DNA of 61,192 nucleotides, filler included. It is 6 parts of 6 records of this genome, joined end to end, with 100 filler letters (N's around TTAATTAATTAA, not from the genome) between each part and the next. Parts side by side here need not be neighbours in the genome. Positions count along the whole stretch, not along the records: positions 27,413 to 37,954 come from SRR2962707_3205; positions 38,055 to 46,966 come from SRR2962707_3207; 4 more parts are not named here. One strand, 5' to 3'. The notes under the pieces are model-generated. The model ran no database searches, was not told the origin of the DNA, and saw only the letters and a program-made list of their open reading frames with translations. Positions 28,630 to 39,491 of this stretch are shown here, one piece after another; position 1 is the stretch's first letter, and the number at the start of each line of letters is the position of its first letter. The translations under genes and the position numbers were made by a program.

Positions 28630-31236
28630 ATGAACTTAAACAATTTTACAATAAAATCACAAGAGGCTATCCAACAGGCACAACAAATTGCTCAGGGATA
28701 TGGCCATCAACAAATTGAAAACGAGCACATTTTCAAAGCCTTATTTGAGGTTGATGAGAATGTACTTCCCTTCATTTTAAAAAAGCTAAATGTAAATATT
28801 ACCTTACTTAAACAGGTTTTAGACAGTACGCTAAATAGTTTTGCTAAAGTTGAAGGCGGAGAATTAATGCTTTCTAGAGATGCAGGAAGCATGTTAAACG
28901 AAGCGAGTATTATAGCTAAGAAAATGAACGATGAGTTTGTTTCTATTGAGCATTTAATAGTAGCTATATTTAAATCTAAAAGCAAAATAGCACAGATTTT
29001 AAAAGACCAAGGTGTTACTGAAAAAGGATTAAAAGCCGCTATTGAAGAATTGAGAAAAGGAGATAGAGTAACTTCTGCAAGTGCCGAGGATACATATAAT
29101 TCTTTAAATAAATTTGCAAAAAACCTCAACCAACTTGCCAACGATGGTAAATTGGATCCTGTTATTGGAAGAGACGAGGAAATTCGTCGTGTTTTACAAA
29201 TTCTTTCACGTAGAACAAAAAATAACCCGATGCTAGTTGGAGAACCTGGAGTTGGTAAAACAGCTATTGCTGAAGGTTTAGCACACAGAATTATTCAAGG
29301 CGATGTTCCTGAAAACTTAAAAGACAAGCAAATTTTTTCCTTAGATATGGGAGCGCTTATTGCAGGAGCAAAATACAAGGGGGAGTTTGAAGAACGCTTA
29401 AAAGCTGTTATTAAAGAAGTAACTACCTCCGATGGAGATATCGTACTCTTTATTGATGAAATCCACACTTTAGTAGGCGCTGGTGGCGGACAAGGAGCTA
29501 TGGATGCAGCAAACATTTTAAAGCCAGCATTAGCCAGAGGAGAGCTCCGAGCTATTGGAGCAACAACATTGGACGAATATCAAAAGTACTTTGAAAAAGA
29601 CAAAGCCTTGGAGCGTAGATTCCAAAAAGTTATTGTAGACGAGCCAGATACCGAAAGTGCTATTTCTATTTTACGAGGCATTAAGGAAAAGTATGAAACG
29701 CATCATAAAGTTAGAATAAAAGACGAAGCTATTATTGCGGCTGTAGAACTTTCTCAACGCTACATTACCAATCGTTTTTTACCAGATAAGGCAATTGACT
29801 TAATGGATGAAGCTGCTTCTAAAATTAGGATGGAAATAAATTCAAAACCTGAAGAGCTTGATGTTTTGGATAGAAAAATAATGCAATTAGAAATTGAAAT
29901 TGCAGCAATTAAGAGAGAAAACGATGAAACTAAATTAAAGTCGCTTAATTCGGATATTGCAAATCTTAAGGAAGAGCGACATGATATTTATGCGAAATGG
30001 AAAGGCGAAAAAGATATTGTAGACGCCATTCAGACAACAAAAGAAAACATCGAACAGTTTAAAATAGAAGCTGAGCGTGCCGAACGTGATGGCGATTATG
30101 GTAAAGTTGCTGAAATTAGATATGGAAAAATTAAAGAAGCACAAGAGAAACTAGAAACGCTTCAAAAACAATTAGAAGAGCAACAAGCTGGAGGAAGTAA
30201 TTTAATAAAAGAAGAAGTTACTAATGACGATATTGCTGAAGTAGTTGCAAAATGGACTGGCATTCCTGTTACTAAAATGCTCCAAAGCGAGCGTGAAAAG
30301 CTTCTTAATCTTGAAGACGAATTACACCGAAGAGTGGTAGGACAAGAAGAAGCTATAGAATCTGTATCGGATGCTATCAGAAGAAGTCGCGCTGGCTTGC
30401 AAGATGCCAACCGCCCAATTGGTTCTTTTCTTTTTCTAGGAACTACTGGGGTTGGTAAAACAGAGCTAGCAAAAGCATTAGCTGATTATCTTTTTGATGA
30501 TGAAAGCGCTATGACTCGTATTGATATGAGCGAATACCAAGAGCGTCATTCTGTGAGTAGATTAGTTGGAGCGCCTCCAGGATATGTTGGTTACGATGAA
30601 GGTGGACAACTTACTGAAGCTGTAAGACGCAGACCCTATTCTGTAGTATTACTAGATGAGATTGAAAAAGCACATCCAGATACCTTTAATATCTTATTAC
30701 AAGTATTAGATGAAGGAAGGTTAACAGACAATAAAGGACGTCTTGCGGATTTTAAAAACACTATTATTATAATGACTAGTAATATTGGAAGCCATATTAT
30801 TCAAGAAAAATTTGAAGCTACCGAAGATATAGACAGCGCAACACAAGCTGCTAAAGTTGAAGTACTAGGTTTATTAAAACAAAGTGTAAGACCAGAATTT
30901 ATAAATCGTATTGACGACATTGTTATGTTTACGCCACTTACAGAAGCAAACATAAAAGATATTGTTAAGTTACAACTTAAAGGAATTACAAAAATGGTAG
31001 CTAAACAAAACATCACTATAGATGCAACTGAACAAGCTATAACACATTTAGCAAAAATAGGCTACGATCCACAATATGGAGCTAGACCCGTTAAAAGAGT
31101 ACTCCAGAAGGAGGTTTTAAACAAACTTTCTAAAGAGATTCTTAGTGGAAAAGTCAATGCCGATAGTATTATTTTGATTGATGAATTTGACGGCGAATTA
31201 GTTTTTAGGAATCAATCAGATTTAATAGAAAATTAA
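28630..31236 (+). CDS. clpB: ATP-dependent chaperone ClpB
   Basis: 868 aa; two AAA+ modules ([16 protein letters not shown]) and a coiled-coil middle domain. Confidence 0.98.
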   Translation: MNLNNFTIKSQEAIQQAQQIAQGYGHQQIENEHIFKALFEVDENVLPFILKKLNVNITLLKQVLDSTLNSFAKVEGGELMLSRDAGSMLNEASIIAKKMNDEFVSIEHLIVAIFKSKSKIAQILKDQGVTEKGLKAAIEELRKGDRVTSASAEDTYNSLNKFAKNLNQLANDGKLDPVIGRDEEIRRVLQILSRRTKNNPMLVGEPGVGKTAIAEGLAHRIIQGDVPENLKDKQIFSLDMGALIAGAKYKGEFEERLKAVIKEVTTSDGDIVLFIDEIHTLVGAGGGQGAMDAANILKPALARGELRAIGATTLDEYQKYFEKDKALERRFQKVIVDEPDTESAISILRGIKEKYETHHKVRIKDEAIIAAVELSQRYITNRFLPDKAIDLMDEAASKIRMEINSKPEELDVLDRKIMQLEIEIAAIKRENDETKLKSLNSDIANLKEERHDIYAKWKGEKDIVDAIQTTKENIEQFKIEAERAERDGDYGKVAEIRYGKIKEAQEKLETLQKQLEEQQAGGSNLIKEEVTNDDIAEVVAKWTGIPVTKMLQSEREKLLNLEDELHRRVVGQEEAIESVSDAIRRSRAGLQDANRPIGSFLFLGTTGVGKTELAKALADYLFDDESAMTRIDMSEYQERHSVSRLVGAPPGYVGYDEGGQLTEAVRRRPYSVVLLDEIEKAHPDTFNILLQVLDEGRLTDNKGRLADFKNTIIIMTSNIGSHIIQEKFEATEDIDSATQAAKVEVLGLLKQSVRPEFINRIDDIVMFTPLTEANIKDIVKLQLKGITKMVAKQNITIDATEQAITHLAKIGYDPQYGARPVKRVLQKEVLNKLSKEILSGKVNADSIILIDEFDGELVFRNQSDLIEN

Positions 31237-31311
31237 CAGATAAAAATGTAAGTCTAAAACACTATAACCGACTGAATGTATGTTAGTTGATGTATTATAA
31301 TATTTAAAGCT

Positions 31312-31398
31312 AAGTTAAATAGTTCGCAAGAATTATTTAGTTTTAAGTTGGTTGGTTAGTTAAGGCACCCATGATTAAAAATCATGGGTGTTTTTTTT
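31312..31398 (+). ncRNA. Candidate small RNA (or structured clpB 3' UTR)
   Basis: 14-bp stem with GCAA tetraloop, single-stranded AGTTGGTTGGTTAGTT, then a terminator. Confidence 0.45.
31363..31398 (+). terminator. Rho-independent terminator
   Basis: CACCCATGATT-AAA-AATCATGGGTG followed by T8. Confidence 0.9.
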
Positions 31399-31410
31399 AA
31401 AATATCTTTT

Positions 31411-31487
31411 CTTAACTCATTAACTTTCTACTTTAAAAACTTTTCAACTTTCAACTTTTTATCTTCTGACTCCCAACTGCGGACTTC
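31411..31487. repeat. Degenerate 7-8 nt tandem repeats with ACT core
   Basis: taactcat taactttc ... caacttt caacttt ... ctgactc ccaactg cggactt. Confidence 0.55.
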
Positions 31488-31537
31488 TTCAATTTCCCTT
31501 AGTGAGTAAAACTATAATATAGCCAATAAAACAAAAG

Positions 31538-31566
31538 ATACCTTTCAGTATTATTTTATATATTTG
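31538..31566 (+). promoter_or_regulatory. Bacteroidota -7 promoter element and candidate TetR operator
   Basis: TATATTTG (31559-31566) matches TAnnTTTG; imperfect palindrome ATAC-CTTTCA-GTAT (31538-31551). Confidence 0.55.
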
Positions 31567-31583
31567 AGTATATCTATAAACTC

Positions 31584-32177
31584 ATGACAACCAAAGCTGA
31601 AAAAACGAGTCAATTTATTATAAAAACAGTAGCTCCTATTTTTAACAAGAAAGGCTATACTGCCACAAGTTTAAATGATATTACAAAAGCTACAGGTCTT
31701 ACAAAAGGAGCTATCTATGGAAACTTTGAGAACAAAGAAACATTAGCACTCCATGCATTTGATTATAATACCGATATGATTCTCTCTAAAATCGAAGCTT
31801 ATATGGATAAAGGGGAAACTCCTTTAGAACGACTTATATATTTTGTGAGGTTTTATAAAAACTATATTGATTTTACCAACAATTTTGGAGGTTGCCCTAT
31901 TATAAATACGGGAGTTGACGCAAAAAATATGCATCCTGAACTTTCAGAAAAGGTTCAGGAAACTATCAAAAAAATAGAAGGATATATTAGTACCGAAATT
32001 GAAGATGGTAAAAGAATTGGCGAAATTAGAAAAACTATTATTGGAGATGTTTATGGGAAACGCTTTTTCAGTTTAATCCAAGGCGCCGTTTTTATGAGTC
32101 AGACTACAGATGATAAATCATACACAACAGATTGCATGAATGTAATATTAGACACCATCAATCAGCGATTTAAGTAG
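31584..32177 (+). CDS. TetR/AcrR family transcriptional regulator
   Basis: FNKKGYTATSLNDITKATGLTKGAIYGNFENK HTH; GGCP motif. Confidence 0.93.
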   Translation: MTTKAEKTSQFIIKTVAPIFNKKGYTATSLNDITKATGLTKGAIYGNFENKETLALHAFDYNTDMILSKIEAYMDKGETPLERLIYFVRFYKNYIDFTNNFGGCPIINTGVDAKNMHPELSEKVQETIKKIEGYISTEIEDGKRIGEIRKTIIGDVYGKRFFSLIQGAVFMSQTTDDKSYTTDCMNVILDTINQRFK

Positions 32178-32297
32178 GTAATAGGCTATAGGCTGTAGGC
32201 TGAAGGCAAAAAAACTTTTCTAAAAACATCATAACAACATAACTCGATAACTTTTTTACTTTCAACTAAAAACTGCCTCTGCTTACTGAACACTTCC
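32175..32297. repeat. Heptamer/octamer tandem repeats downstream of tetR
   Basis: taggtaa taggcta taggctg taggctg aaggcaa, then aacaacat aactcgat aacttttt. Confidence 0.65.
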
Positions 32298-32345
32298 TTT
32301 TTTATTGAAAGATTAGGTTGTAACAAAGTTCTAGACAAAAACTGC

Positions 32346-33674
32346 TTACTTACCTTGGGACTCCCGACTTCCGACTCCTGACTTTTCTACTTTCAGCAAT
32401 AAAACTACTCCAATTAAAAATATCAATCCTAAAAGGACAATAGAAGTTCTCATACTTCCAGTTATCTGCGCCATAAATCCGTATAAAAACATCCCGATAA
32501 CAATTCCTATTTTTTCAGCTACATCATAAAAACTAAAGAAAGAAGCTGTGTCTTTTGTTTCTGGTAAAAATTTAGAATAGGTGGAACGAGATAAAGCCTG
32601 AATTCCTCCCATTACCAAACCAACAAAAGCAGCAGTTACATAAAATTGCTCTGGAGTAATTACAAAATAAGCGTAGCAACATATAATTACCCATATAATA
32701 TTAATAGCTATTAATGTTTTTATATTTCCAATTTTTTCAGAAATTCGAGAGGTTAGTAATGCTCCAGCTACAGCAACTAATTGTATTAAAAGAATACTTA
32801 TAATTAAACCTGTTGTACGCTGACTATCGCTCTCCCACGCCAATTCTTCTTCTGCAAAATAGGAAGCTACTAGCATTACTGTTTGTACCGCCATGCTATA
32901 TACAAAAAAGGCTATTAAATATCTTTTTAATCGGAGGTTATCTCCTAACCTATTCCATACTTTTTTGAGCTCTCGAAAGCCATTCAGCAAGACTTTTTTA
33001 CTAACTTTTCCAGTATTATCATTTCCTTTAGGTAAATAATAAAATGAATACTGACTGAATAAAGCCCACCAAATCCCAACTAATATAAATGATATTTTTG
33101 TAGGCTCCCCAGCCCCTTCAAATCCAAACCATTCATATTTCATAATCATGGCTAAATTCAGCAATAACAAAAATACACTACCAATATATCCTAATGAATA
33201 TCCTTTGGCACTTATTCTATCTTGTTGTTCTGGGAATGCCACATCTGGCAAATAAGAATTATAAAAAACTAAACTCCCCCAAAAACCTATCAACCCAAAA
33301 AAATATATAGTTAAGCTTAAATAAATTGCATCAAGGCTAAACCAATACAATCCTATACTTGAAATGGAACCTAAATAGCAGAAAAATTTTAAAAAAACTT
33401 TTTTATTACCTACATAATCTGCAATTCCAGACAATAGCGGAGTTAAAAAGGAAACCACCAAAAAGGCAAAAGAAGTGACATACGTTATTAAAGGACCACG
33501 AGCAATTTCTCCACCAAAAATTTCAATTTTTTCAATTCCAGCTTCTCTAAAAAGCGCCCCATAAAAGAGCGGAAAAATGGCAGAAGCTATAGTTAAACTA
33601 TATACTGAATTTGCCCAATCATAAAATGCCCATGCATTTAATAATTTTTTACTTCCTTTTTGTAATGATTTCAT
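32346..33674 (-). CDS. MFS transporter, UMF1/Atg22-like
   Basis: AWAFYDWANS, FYNSYLP, GGIQALSRS; about 12 TM helices. Confidence 0.9.
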   Translation of the reverse strand: MKSLQKGSKKLLNAWAFYDWANSVYSLTIASAIFPLFYGALFREAGIEKIEIFGGEIARGPLITYVTSFAFLVVSFLTPLLSGIADYVGNKKVFLKFFCYLGSISSIGLYWFSLDAIYLSLTIYFFGLIGFWGSLVFYNSYLPDVAFPEQQDRISAKGYSLGYIGSVFLLLLNLAMIMKYEWFGFEGAGEPTKISFILVGIWWALFSQYSFYYLPKGNDNTGKVSKKVLLNGFRELKKVWNRLGDNLRLKRYLIAFFVYSMAVQTVMLVASYFAEEELAWESDSQRTTGLIISILLIQLVAVAGALLTSRISEKIGNIKTLIAINIIWVIICCYAYFVITPEQFYVTAAFVGLVMGGIQALSRSTYSKFLPETKDTASFFSFYDVAEKIGIVIGMFLYGFMAQITGSMRTSIVLLGLIFLIGVVLLLKVEKSGVGSRESQGK

Positions 33675-33804
33675 TTGTTAATATGTATAGTTTTTCAATA
33701 GTCAGATGTAATGCCCTTTAAAATCATATCGGTTGGTTTCTAAATTTGTTAATGGGCATTTCATAGATGGTTTATAAACTAGTTGGTTTAGTAATAGATT
33801 AAAT

Positions 33805-33838
33805 AAAAAAGCAAGACATAAAATTGATGTCTTGCTTT
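33805..33838 (-). terminator. Terminator after the M48 gene, overlapped by a downstream promoter
   Basis: AAAAAAGCAAGACAT-AAAATTG-ATGTCTTGCTTT; TATATTTG on the minus strand at 33839-33846. Confidence 0.75.
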
Positions 33839-33879
33839 CAAATATACTTAATTAATAAACTTGCTACATTAAAAAAAGA

Positions 33880-34698
33880 TTACTTAAACGAAGTAACACC
33901 AAATTTAGCCGCTTCTTGCTTCGCTGCAGGCGCTAATTGTTTAAGGTTTTGAATTCTACTTTGATTTGATGGGTGCGTGCTCATAATCTCTGATGGCTGC
34001 TCCCCTCCTTGAGCACTCATTCGCTCCCAAAGTTTAGCAGCTTCATCTGGATTATAACCAGCAATTGCCATTAAACGCAATCCAATAGCATCGGCTTCTG
34101 TTTCGTGACTTCTACTAAAAGGTAGCATAACTCCTACTTGAGACCCAACACCATATGCTTGATTAAATAAATCTATTGTTTGTGCACTGCTACCTCCCAT
34201 TCCAAGCGCTAAATTTCCTGCAAGCGCTCCATATTGTTGTAATGTAGATGCACTCATACGCTGCGCTCCATGGTTTACTAAGGCGTGTGCCACCTCATGC
34301 CCCATTACAACTGCAATACCAGTATCTGTTTGAGTAATCGGAAGAATTCCTGTATAAAAAACTATTTTCCCTCCAGGCATACACCAAGCGTTTACAGTTT
34401 CGTCTTGCACTAAATTGTATTCCCAACGGTAATCTTTTAAATAGCCCTCATACCCATTAGCATTAAACCAACGCTCCGCAGCATTTGCAATGCGCTGCCC
34501 TACTCGTTTTATAGCTTCGGCATCTGCAGTTCCCGTTACTACTTTATTTTGCTGTAAAAATTGGTCGTATTCCGCAAAAGCTGTCGGGAAAATTTGATCA
34601 TTTGACTGAAAATTCAAAGTGCTTTTTCCTGTAAAAGGATTTGTTGAACAAGATATTATCAACAAAATAAATACTCCTATTGAAACATATTTTTTCAT
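33880..34698 (-). CDS. M48 family Zn-metallopeptidase lipoprotein
   Basis: Lipobox IISC, NAWCMPGG, HEVAH, ETEAD, STHP. Confidence 0.93.
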   Translation of the reverse strand: MKKYVSIGVFILLIISCSTNPFTGKSTLNFQSNDQIFPTAFAEYDQFLQQNKVVTGTADAEAIKRVGQRIANAAERWFNANGYEGYLKDYRWEYNLVQDETVNAWCMPGGKIVFYTGILPITQTDTGIAVVMGHEVAHALVNHGAQRMSASTLQQYGALAGNLALGMGGSSAQTIDLFNQAYGVGSQVGVMLPFSRSHETEADAIGLRLMAIAGYNPDEAAKLWERMSAQGGEQPSEIMSTHPSNQSRIQNLKQLAPAAKQEAAKFGVTSFK

Positions 34699-34777
34699 AT
34701 TATAATCTATTATTTTTAAAATCAGTTATTATACCTACAAATTGATGTGTATATACAATACGAAAATAATTAAAATA

Positions 34778-37177
34778 TTACAATCCTATTATATGTAGTT
34801 CTGTAAATTCTTTTTTAATCGTCATATTAGTATCTCCATTTAGAATAATTTCATGGATTGGAATCTCTACATTATCTAGCTGAATAGATTGTACTTTAAA
34901 TGGCAATCCTATTAAATTTACTTTAAAAGTTTCATAAGATGTTTCATATTTACCTTCTTTAAATTGCTGAATAATAAGTTCATTTTCTTTTCCTGTAAGT
35001 CTAAATGTTCTTAGGCTGTATCTTCCTTTCTTATAATCATAACCATCTCCTGCATCTTCAAAAACTTGAGATTCTTCTTTTCCATTTTTATAATACACCT
35101 CTAATGTAAGTTCCGTAATTTCTTTTTCGCCTACATATTGCTGAATAGGATATTTTGGAATAATAGCTCCCTCTTTTATAAAAATAGGAATCTTATCGAT
35201 ATCGGCTTCTACCCAACATTCTTTTCCTCCTTTGGTAATTTCTCCTCCCCAGTAATTATACCAATTTCCTCTTGGAATATACATACGTCTCCCTTTGGAG
35301 TTTGGTTCTAAAATAGGGCAAACTAGGATATGGTTTCCGAAGATAAATTCATCATTTCTATAATGCGTATGTAAATCGTCTTGATCATAATACATTAAGG
35401 ATTTCAACATTGGTATTCCATTTTCTGTATATTCATAAAACATGGTATACAGATATGGAAGTAATTGATATCTAATTTCTATAAACTTTCTAGTAATATT
35501 GGTTACTTCCTCATCAAACGACCAAGGTTCTTGATGCCCATGATCTCCGCTAGAATGCACTCTACAAAATGGATGAAACACCCCTAATTGAATCCATCTA
35601 GCAAAAAGTTCTCCAGAAGGTTGCTCTGCAAACCCACCAATATCGCTTCCAGTAAAAGACATTCCGCTCATTGCCATTCTTTGCACTTGAACATTTGCTA
35701 CCCAAAGATGCTCCCAAGTAGCTACATTATCTCCTGTCCATGAAGAAGTATAACGTTGCGCCCCAGAATATGCCGATCTAGTTATTACAAATGGACGTTT
35801 AGGAAATGAAAACCTTTTTACTCCTTCATAAGTAGCTCGTGCCATTTGCATTCCATAGATATTATGCGCTTTTCTATGGCTGCAATGGTGGCCATCGTAA
35901 TTATGTCGAACATCATCTGGAAAAGTTTTTCCGGGCACTTCCATTACGGCTGGCTCATTCATATCATTCCACACCCCTTTTACTCCAATATCTGCAATTA
36001 ATTCTTTAAAAAGACCCGCCCACCATTCTCTTACTTTCGGATTTGTATAATCTGGAAAATTACATTCTCCAGGCCATACTTTACCTTTCATAAAAGGACC
36101 ATCTGCTCTTTTGCAGAAATAATCGTTTTCTACAGCTTCATTGTAAACCCAATATTTTTTATCAATTTTAATCCCTGGATCTATAATTACAACAGTTTTA
36201 AAACCATCTTCAGCAAGCTCCTCTACCATTCTTTTGGGCTCTGGAAAATACTCTTTATTCCATGTAAAACACCTAAAGCCATCCATATAATCGATGTCTA
36301 AATAAATGGCATCACATGGAATACTTAATTCTCTAAATTTGTTTGCTATTTCTTTTACTTTACTCTCTGGATAATAGCTCCATTTACATTGATGAAAACC
36401 TAAAACCCACAATGGCGGCAGTTCTGGTTTTCCTGTAAGATCTGTATATCCAACTACCACTTGAGAAATGGAAGGCCCATAGATAAAATAATAATTCATT
36501 TCTCCTCCATCTGCCCAAAAACTAGTTATATTTCTTCGTTCGTTACAAAAATCAAAATGAGTTTTAAAGGTATTATCAAAGAAGATTCCATAGGCGGTTT
36601 TATGATGCATGCCAATATAGAATGGAACACTTTTGTACAATGGATTTCTATCCTTGCCAAATGCATATTGGTCGGTTGCCCAATTATGAATACGTTTTCC
36701 CCGAAGATTTAATTGTGAGGGCTTATCTCCCATTCCATAAAAACTTTCAGACTCCTGTGAAAACTTACTCATTTTTACTATGTTCCCTCCATGTTCATAA
36801 CTCTCTTCCCAATGGAAGCCAAGTTCATCTTCATTTAAAATATTACCATCTAAATCTAAAATTGCTAGTCTTAAGTCTGATTTAGAAACACGCACCTCTA
36901 ATTTTGAAGTATACATACTAAAATGCCCATCTAGTTCTTTTATTTCAAGATGATTATACCCATAAGTAGCATCCTCGGAAATAGCATACGAAAAATCGGG
37001 CTCAAAATCTTGTTCTACGGCATATCTAAATCGTAATACACTATCTCTTAAAAAAGAAATTTGTAATGCCACATTATTACGTGCATAAAAAGTTATTTTA
37101 TCAACTTCCTTTTTATGAGATATAATTTGATTGGGAAATAAATTTCCTTTGTATTCTAATTCAGTATTAGTTATCAT
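34778..37177 (-). CDS. Glycoside hydrolase family 31 (alpha-glucosidase)
   Basis: YLDIDYM, WNDMNEP nucleophile, WTGDN acid/base. Confidence 0.94.
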   Translation of the reverse strand: MITNTELEYKGNLFPNQIISHKKEVDKITFYARNNVALQISFLRDSVLRFRYAVEQDFEPDFSYAISEDATYGYNHLEIKELDGHFSMYTSKLEVRVSKSDLRLAILDLDGNILNEDELGFHWEESYEHGGNIVKMSKFSQESESFYGMGDKPSQLNLRGKRIHNWATDQYAFGKDRNPLYKSVPFYIGMHHKTAYGIFFDNTFKTHFDFCNERRNITSFWADGGEMNYYFIYGPSISQVVVGYTDLTGKPELPPLWVLGFHQCKWSYYPESKVKEIANKFRELSIPCDAIYLDIDYMDGFRCFTWNKEYFPEPKRMVEELAEDGFKTVVIIDPGIKIDKKYWVYNEAVENDYFCKRADGPFMKGKVWPGECNFPDYTNPKVREWWAGLFKELIADIGVKGVWNDMNEPAVMEVPGKTFPDDVRHNYDGHHCSHRKAHNIYGMQMARATYEGVKRFSFPKRPFVITRSAYSGAQRYTSSWTGDNVATWEHLWVANVQVQRMAMSGMSFTGSDIGGFAEQPSGELFARWIQLGVFHPFCRVHSSGDHGHQEPWSFDEEVTNITRKFIEIRYQLLPYLYTMFYEYTENGIPMLKSLMYYDQDDLHTHYRNDEFIFGNHILVCPILEPNSKGRRMYIPRGNWYNYWGGEITKGGKECWVEADIDKIPIFIKEGAIIPKYPIQQYVGEKEITELTLEVYYKNGKEESQVFEDAGDGYDYKKGRYSLRTFRLTGKENELIIQQFKEGKYETSYETFKVNLIGLPFKVQSIQLDNVEIPIHEIILNGDTNMTIKKEFTELHIIGL

Positions 37178-37204
37178 ATCAAAATATGAGCTTTAACTTA
37201 TAAA

Positions 37205-37954
37205 TTATATTATTTTAAACACTATCACCGCTAGAGGCGACAATGTAATGGCCACAGAAAAATCTTTCCCGTTGTATGGAATTGCTTCTACAGAAATTTC
37301 CTCTTTATTTCTAACATCACTTCCATAATACTTTTTTTCATCACTATTAAAAACTTGCTTAAGCGTTCCATCTCTTGGAATACCAATTCGGTAATCCTCT
37401 CTAACTACTGGAGTAAAATTACAAATCACCACCAAATCGTTTTCTATATAATGACCTTTTCTTACATATGATAAAACAGAATTATCTGCATCTCCATAAT
37501 TTATCCATTCAAAACCTTCGTTACTAAATTGTTTTTCATGAAGAGCTGGTTCTTCCTTATAAAGTCTATTTAAATCTGCTATAAAAGTTTTTATTCCTTT
37601 ATGACCTTCATATTGCAACAAATGCCAATCTAAACTTGTTTGAAAATTCCACTCATCAGATTGCGCAAATTCATTTCCCATAAACATTAAATTCGCTCCC
37701 GGATGCGTAAACATATATCCATATAGCAACCTAAGGTTTGCAAATCGCTGCCATTCATCGCCAGGCATTCTACCAAAAATAGAGCTTTTCCCGTGTACTA
37801 CTTCATCATGACTTAAAGGAAGCATAAAGTTTTCTGAAAAAGCATAGGTCATACTAAAAGTAAGATCGTTTTGATGATGCTTTCTATGAACAGGCCCTTT
37901 TTTAAAATACTCTAAAGTATCGTGCATCCATCCCATCATCCATTTCATTCCAAA
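37205..37954 (-). CDS. glgB: 1,4-alpha-glucan branching enzyme, 5'-truncated
   Basis: KWMMGWMHDTL, LPLSHDEVVHGK, FMGNEFAQ, NFTPVVREDYRIG. Confidence 0.95.
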   Translation of the reverse strand, partial: FGMKWMMGWMHDTLEYFKKGPVHRKHHQNDLTFSMTYAFSENFMLPLSHDEVVHGKSSIFGRMPGDEWQRFANLRLLYGYMFTHPGANLMFMGNEFAQSDEWNFQTSLDWHLLQYEGHKGIKTFIADLNRLYKEEPALHEKQFSNEGFEWINYGDADNSVLSYVRKGHYIENDLVVICNFTPVVREDYRIGIPRDGTLKQVFNSDEKKYYGSDVRNKEEISVEAIPYNGKDFSVAITLSPLAVIVFKII

Positions 37955-38054
37955 NNNNNNNNNNNNNNNNNNNNNNNNNNNNNNNNNNNNNNNNNNNNTT
38001 AATTAATTAANNNNNNNNNNNNNNNNNNNNNNNNNNNNNNNNNNNNNNNNNNNN
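37955..38054. other. Artificial contig linker
   Basis: N44-TTAATTAATTAA-N44. Confidence 0.99.
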
Positions 38055-39480
38055 CATTGGCGAAATAGAGGCTTTCATCGACCCGCAGCGCCAGAATATG
38101 GGCGTCCGTCCGAACGTCGTGACGGTCGATGTTGCGGAAGTGCTCGGTCCCCGGCACCCGACCGACAATTGCCATATGGGGGCGTGAACTGCGGTAGAAA
38201 AAGACCACCACCGAGGCCGCGACGCCCAGTGAAATGCCGGTTTCCACGCCGAAGATCAGCGTTCCCGCCAGCGTTGTCGCCACGGCCAGAAAATCCGCCT
38301 TCGAATAGGCCCAGGACTTTTTCAGTATTGAGAAATCGACCAACGCCAGCACGGCCACGACAATCGTCGCGGCCAGCGTGGCCTTGGGCAAGAGTGCCAG
38401 AAACGGCGTCAGCAGCAGCGTGGCAATTGCAATGCCAACCGCCGTGAACATGCCCGCTGCAGGCGTCGCCGCGCCGGCGTCGTGATTGACGACGGATCGC
38501 GCAAAACCCCCGGTCACCGGAAACCCAGAGCCAATGGCCGACGCGATATTGGCTGCACCGAGCCCTACGAGTTCCCGGTCAGGGTCGATGCGTTCGCGCT
38601 TTTTGGCGGCGAGGGTTTGGGCCACGGAAATCGACTCGACAAACCCGACGATCGAAATGATGAGAGCCGGAACGATCAGGGCGCCGACAATATCGAGATC
38701 GAGGTTGGGCACCGACAACAACGGAATGCCCTGCGGGACATCCCCCACCAGCGCCACGCCCCGCGCACCGAGGTCGAAAGCCGCCGATGCGGCAATCGCC
38801 AACAGCACCACGGCCACGGGCGCTGCCCGAACGGCAAAGGTGGCGATTGTCGGCGGTGAACCCCACGATACCAAAGCCCGCTTCATGCCGAGCCGCATCC
38901 AGATGAGCGCGGCGAGCGAACTTGCGCCCACCGCGAACGTATGGGGATTGAACTGGCCCAGATGCTCGGCGAGCGAAGCGAGAAGTTCGGGCATGGCGTG
39001 GCCGGCGCTGGAAATGCCGAGCAGGCCGCCGACCTGGCTCGTCGCGATGATGAGGCCCGAGGCGGTAATGAACCCCGAGATCACCGGGTGAGACAGAAAA
39101 TTGGCGATGAAGCCCAGCCGGAAGATGCCCATGAGAGTCAGGATGCCGCCAGAAAGAAGGGCGAGCACGATGGCGGCGCTGGCATAGTCTGCCGTGCCCT
39201 CCTGGGCGATCCGGCCGATTGCGGCCGCCGTCATCAGCGAGACGACGGCCACAGGGCCGACAGCCAGTGAGGTCGAGGACCCGAAAATGCCGTAGGCAAC
39301 CAGCGGCAGGATGGAGGCATAGAGCCCCACTTCGGGGGGCAACCCCGCCAGAAGTGCGTAAGCCAGCGATTGCGGGATCAGCATGATCGTGACGATCACG
39401 GCGGCCAGAAAATCGCGGCCGAACTTGTCCCGCGAATACTGCCTGCCCCAATTGAGGATGGGGACGTATTTTTCGAGCAT
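38055..39480 (-). CDS. sulP: SulP/SLC26 anion transporter, 3'-truncated
   Basis: IPQSLAYALLAGLPPEVGLY, PVTGGFARS, start of STAS domain (LYFAN). Confidence 0.93.
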
Positions 39481-39491
39481 GGTAACCGAAC

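Noticed and set aside
31411..32392. CRISPR array
   Set aside because: Units are 7-8 nt with no spacers and no cas genes.
27313..38054. AT-rich block inside GC-rich DNA as a genomic island
   Set aside because: Bounded by linkers and full of housekeeping genes; it is a different organism.
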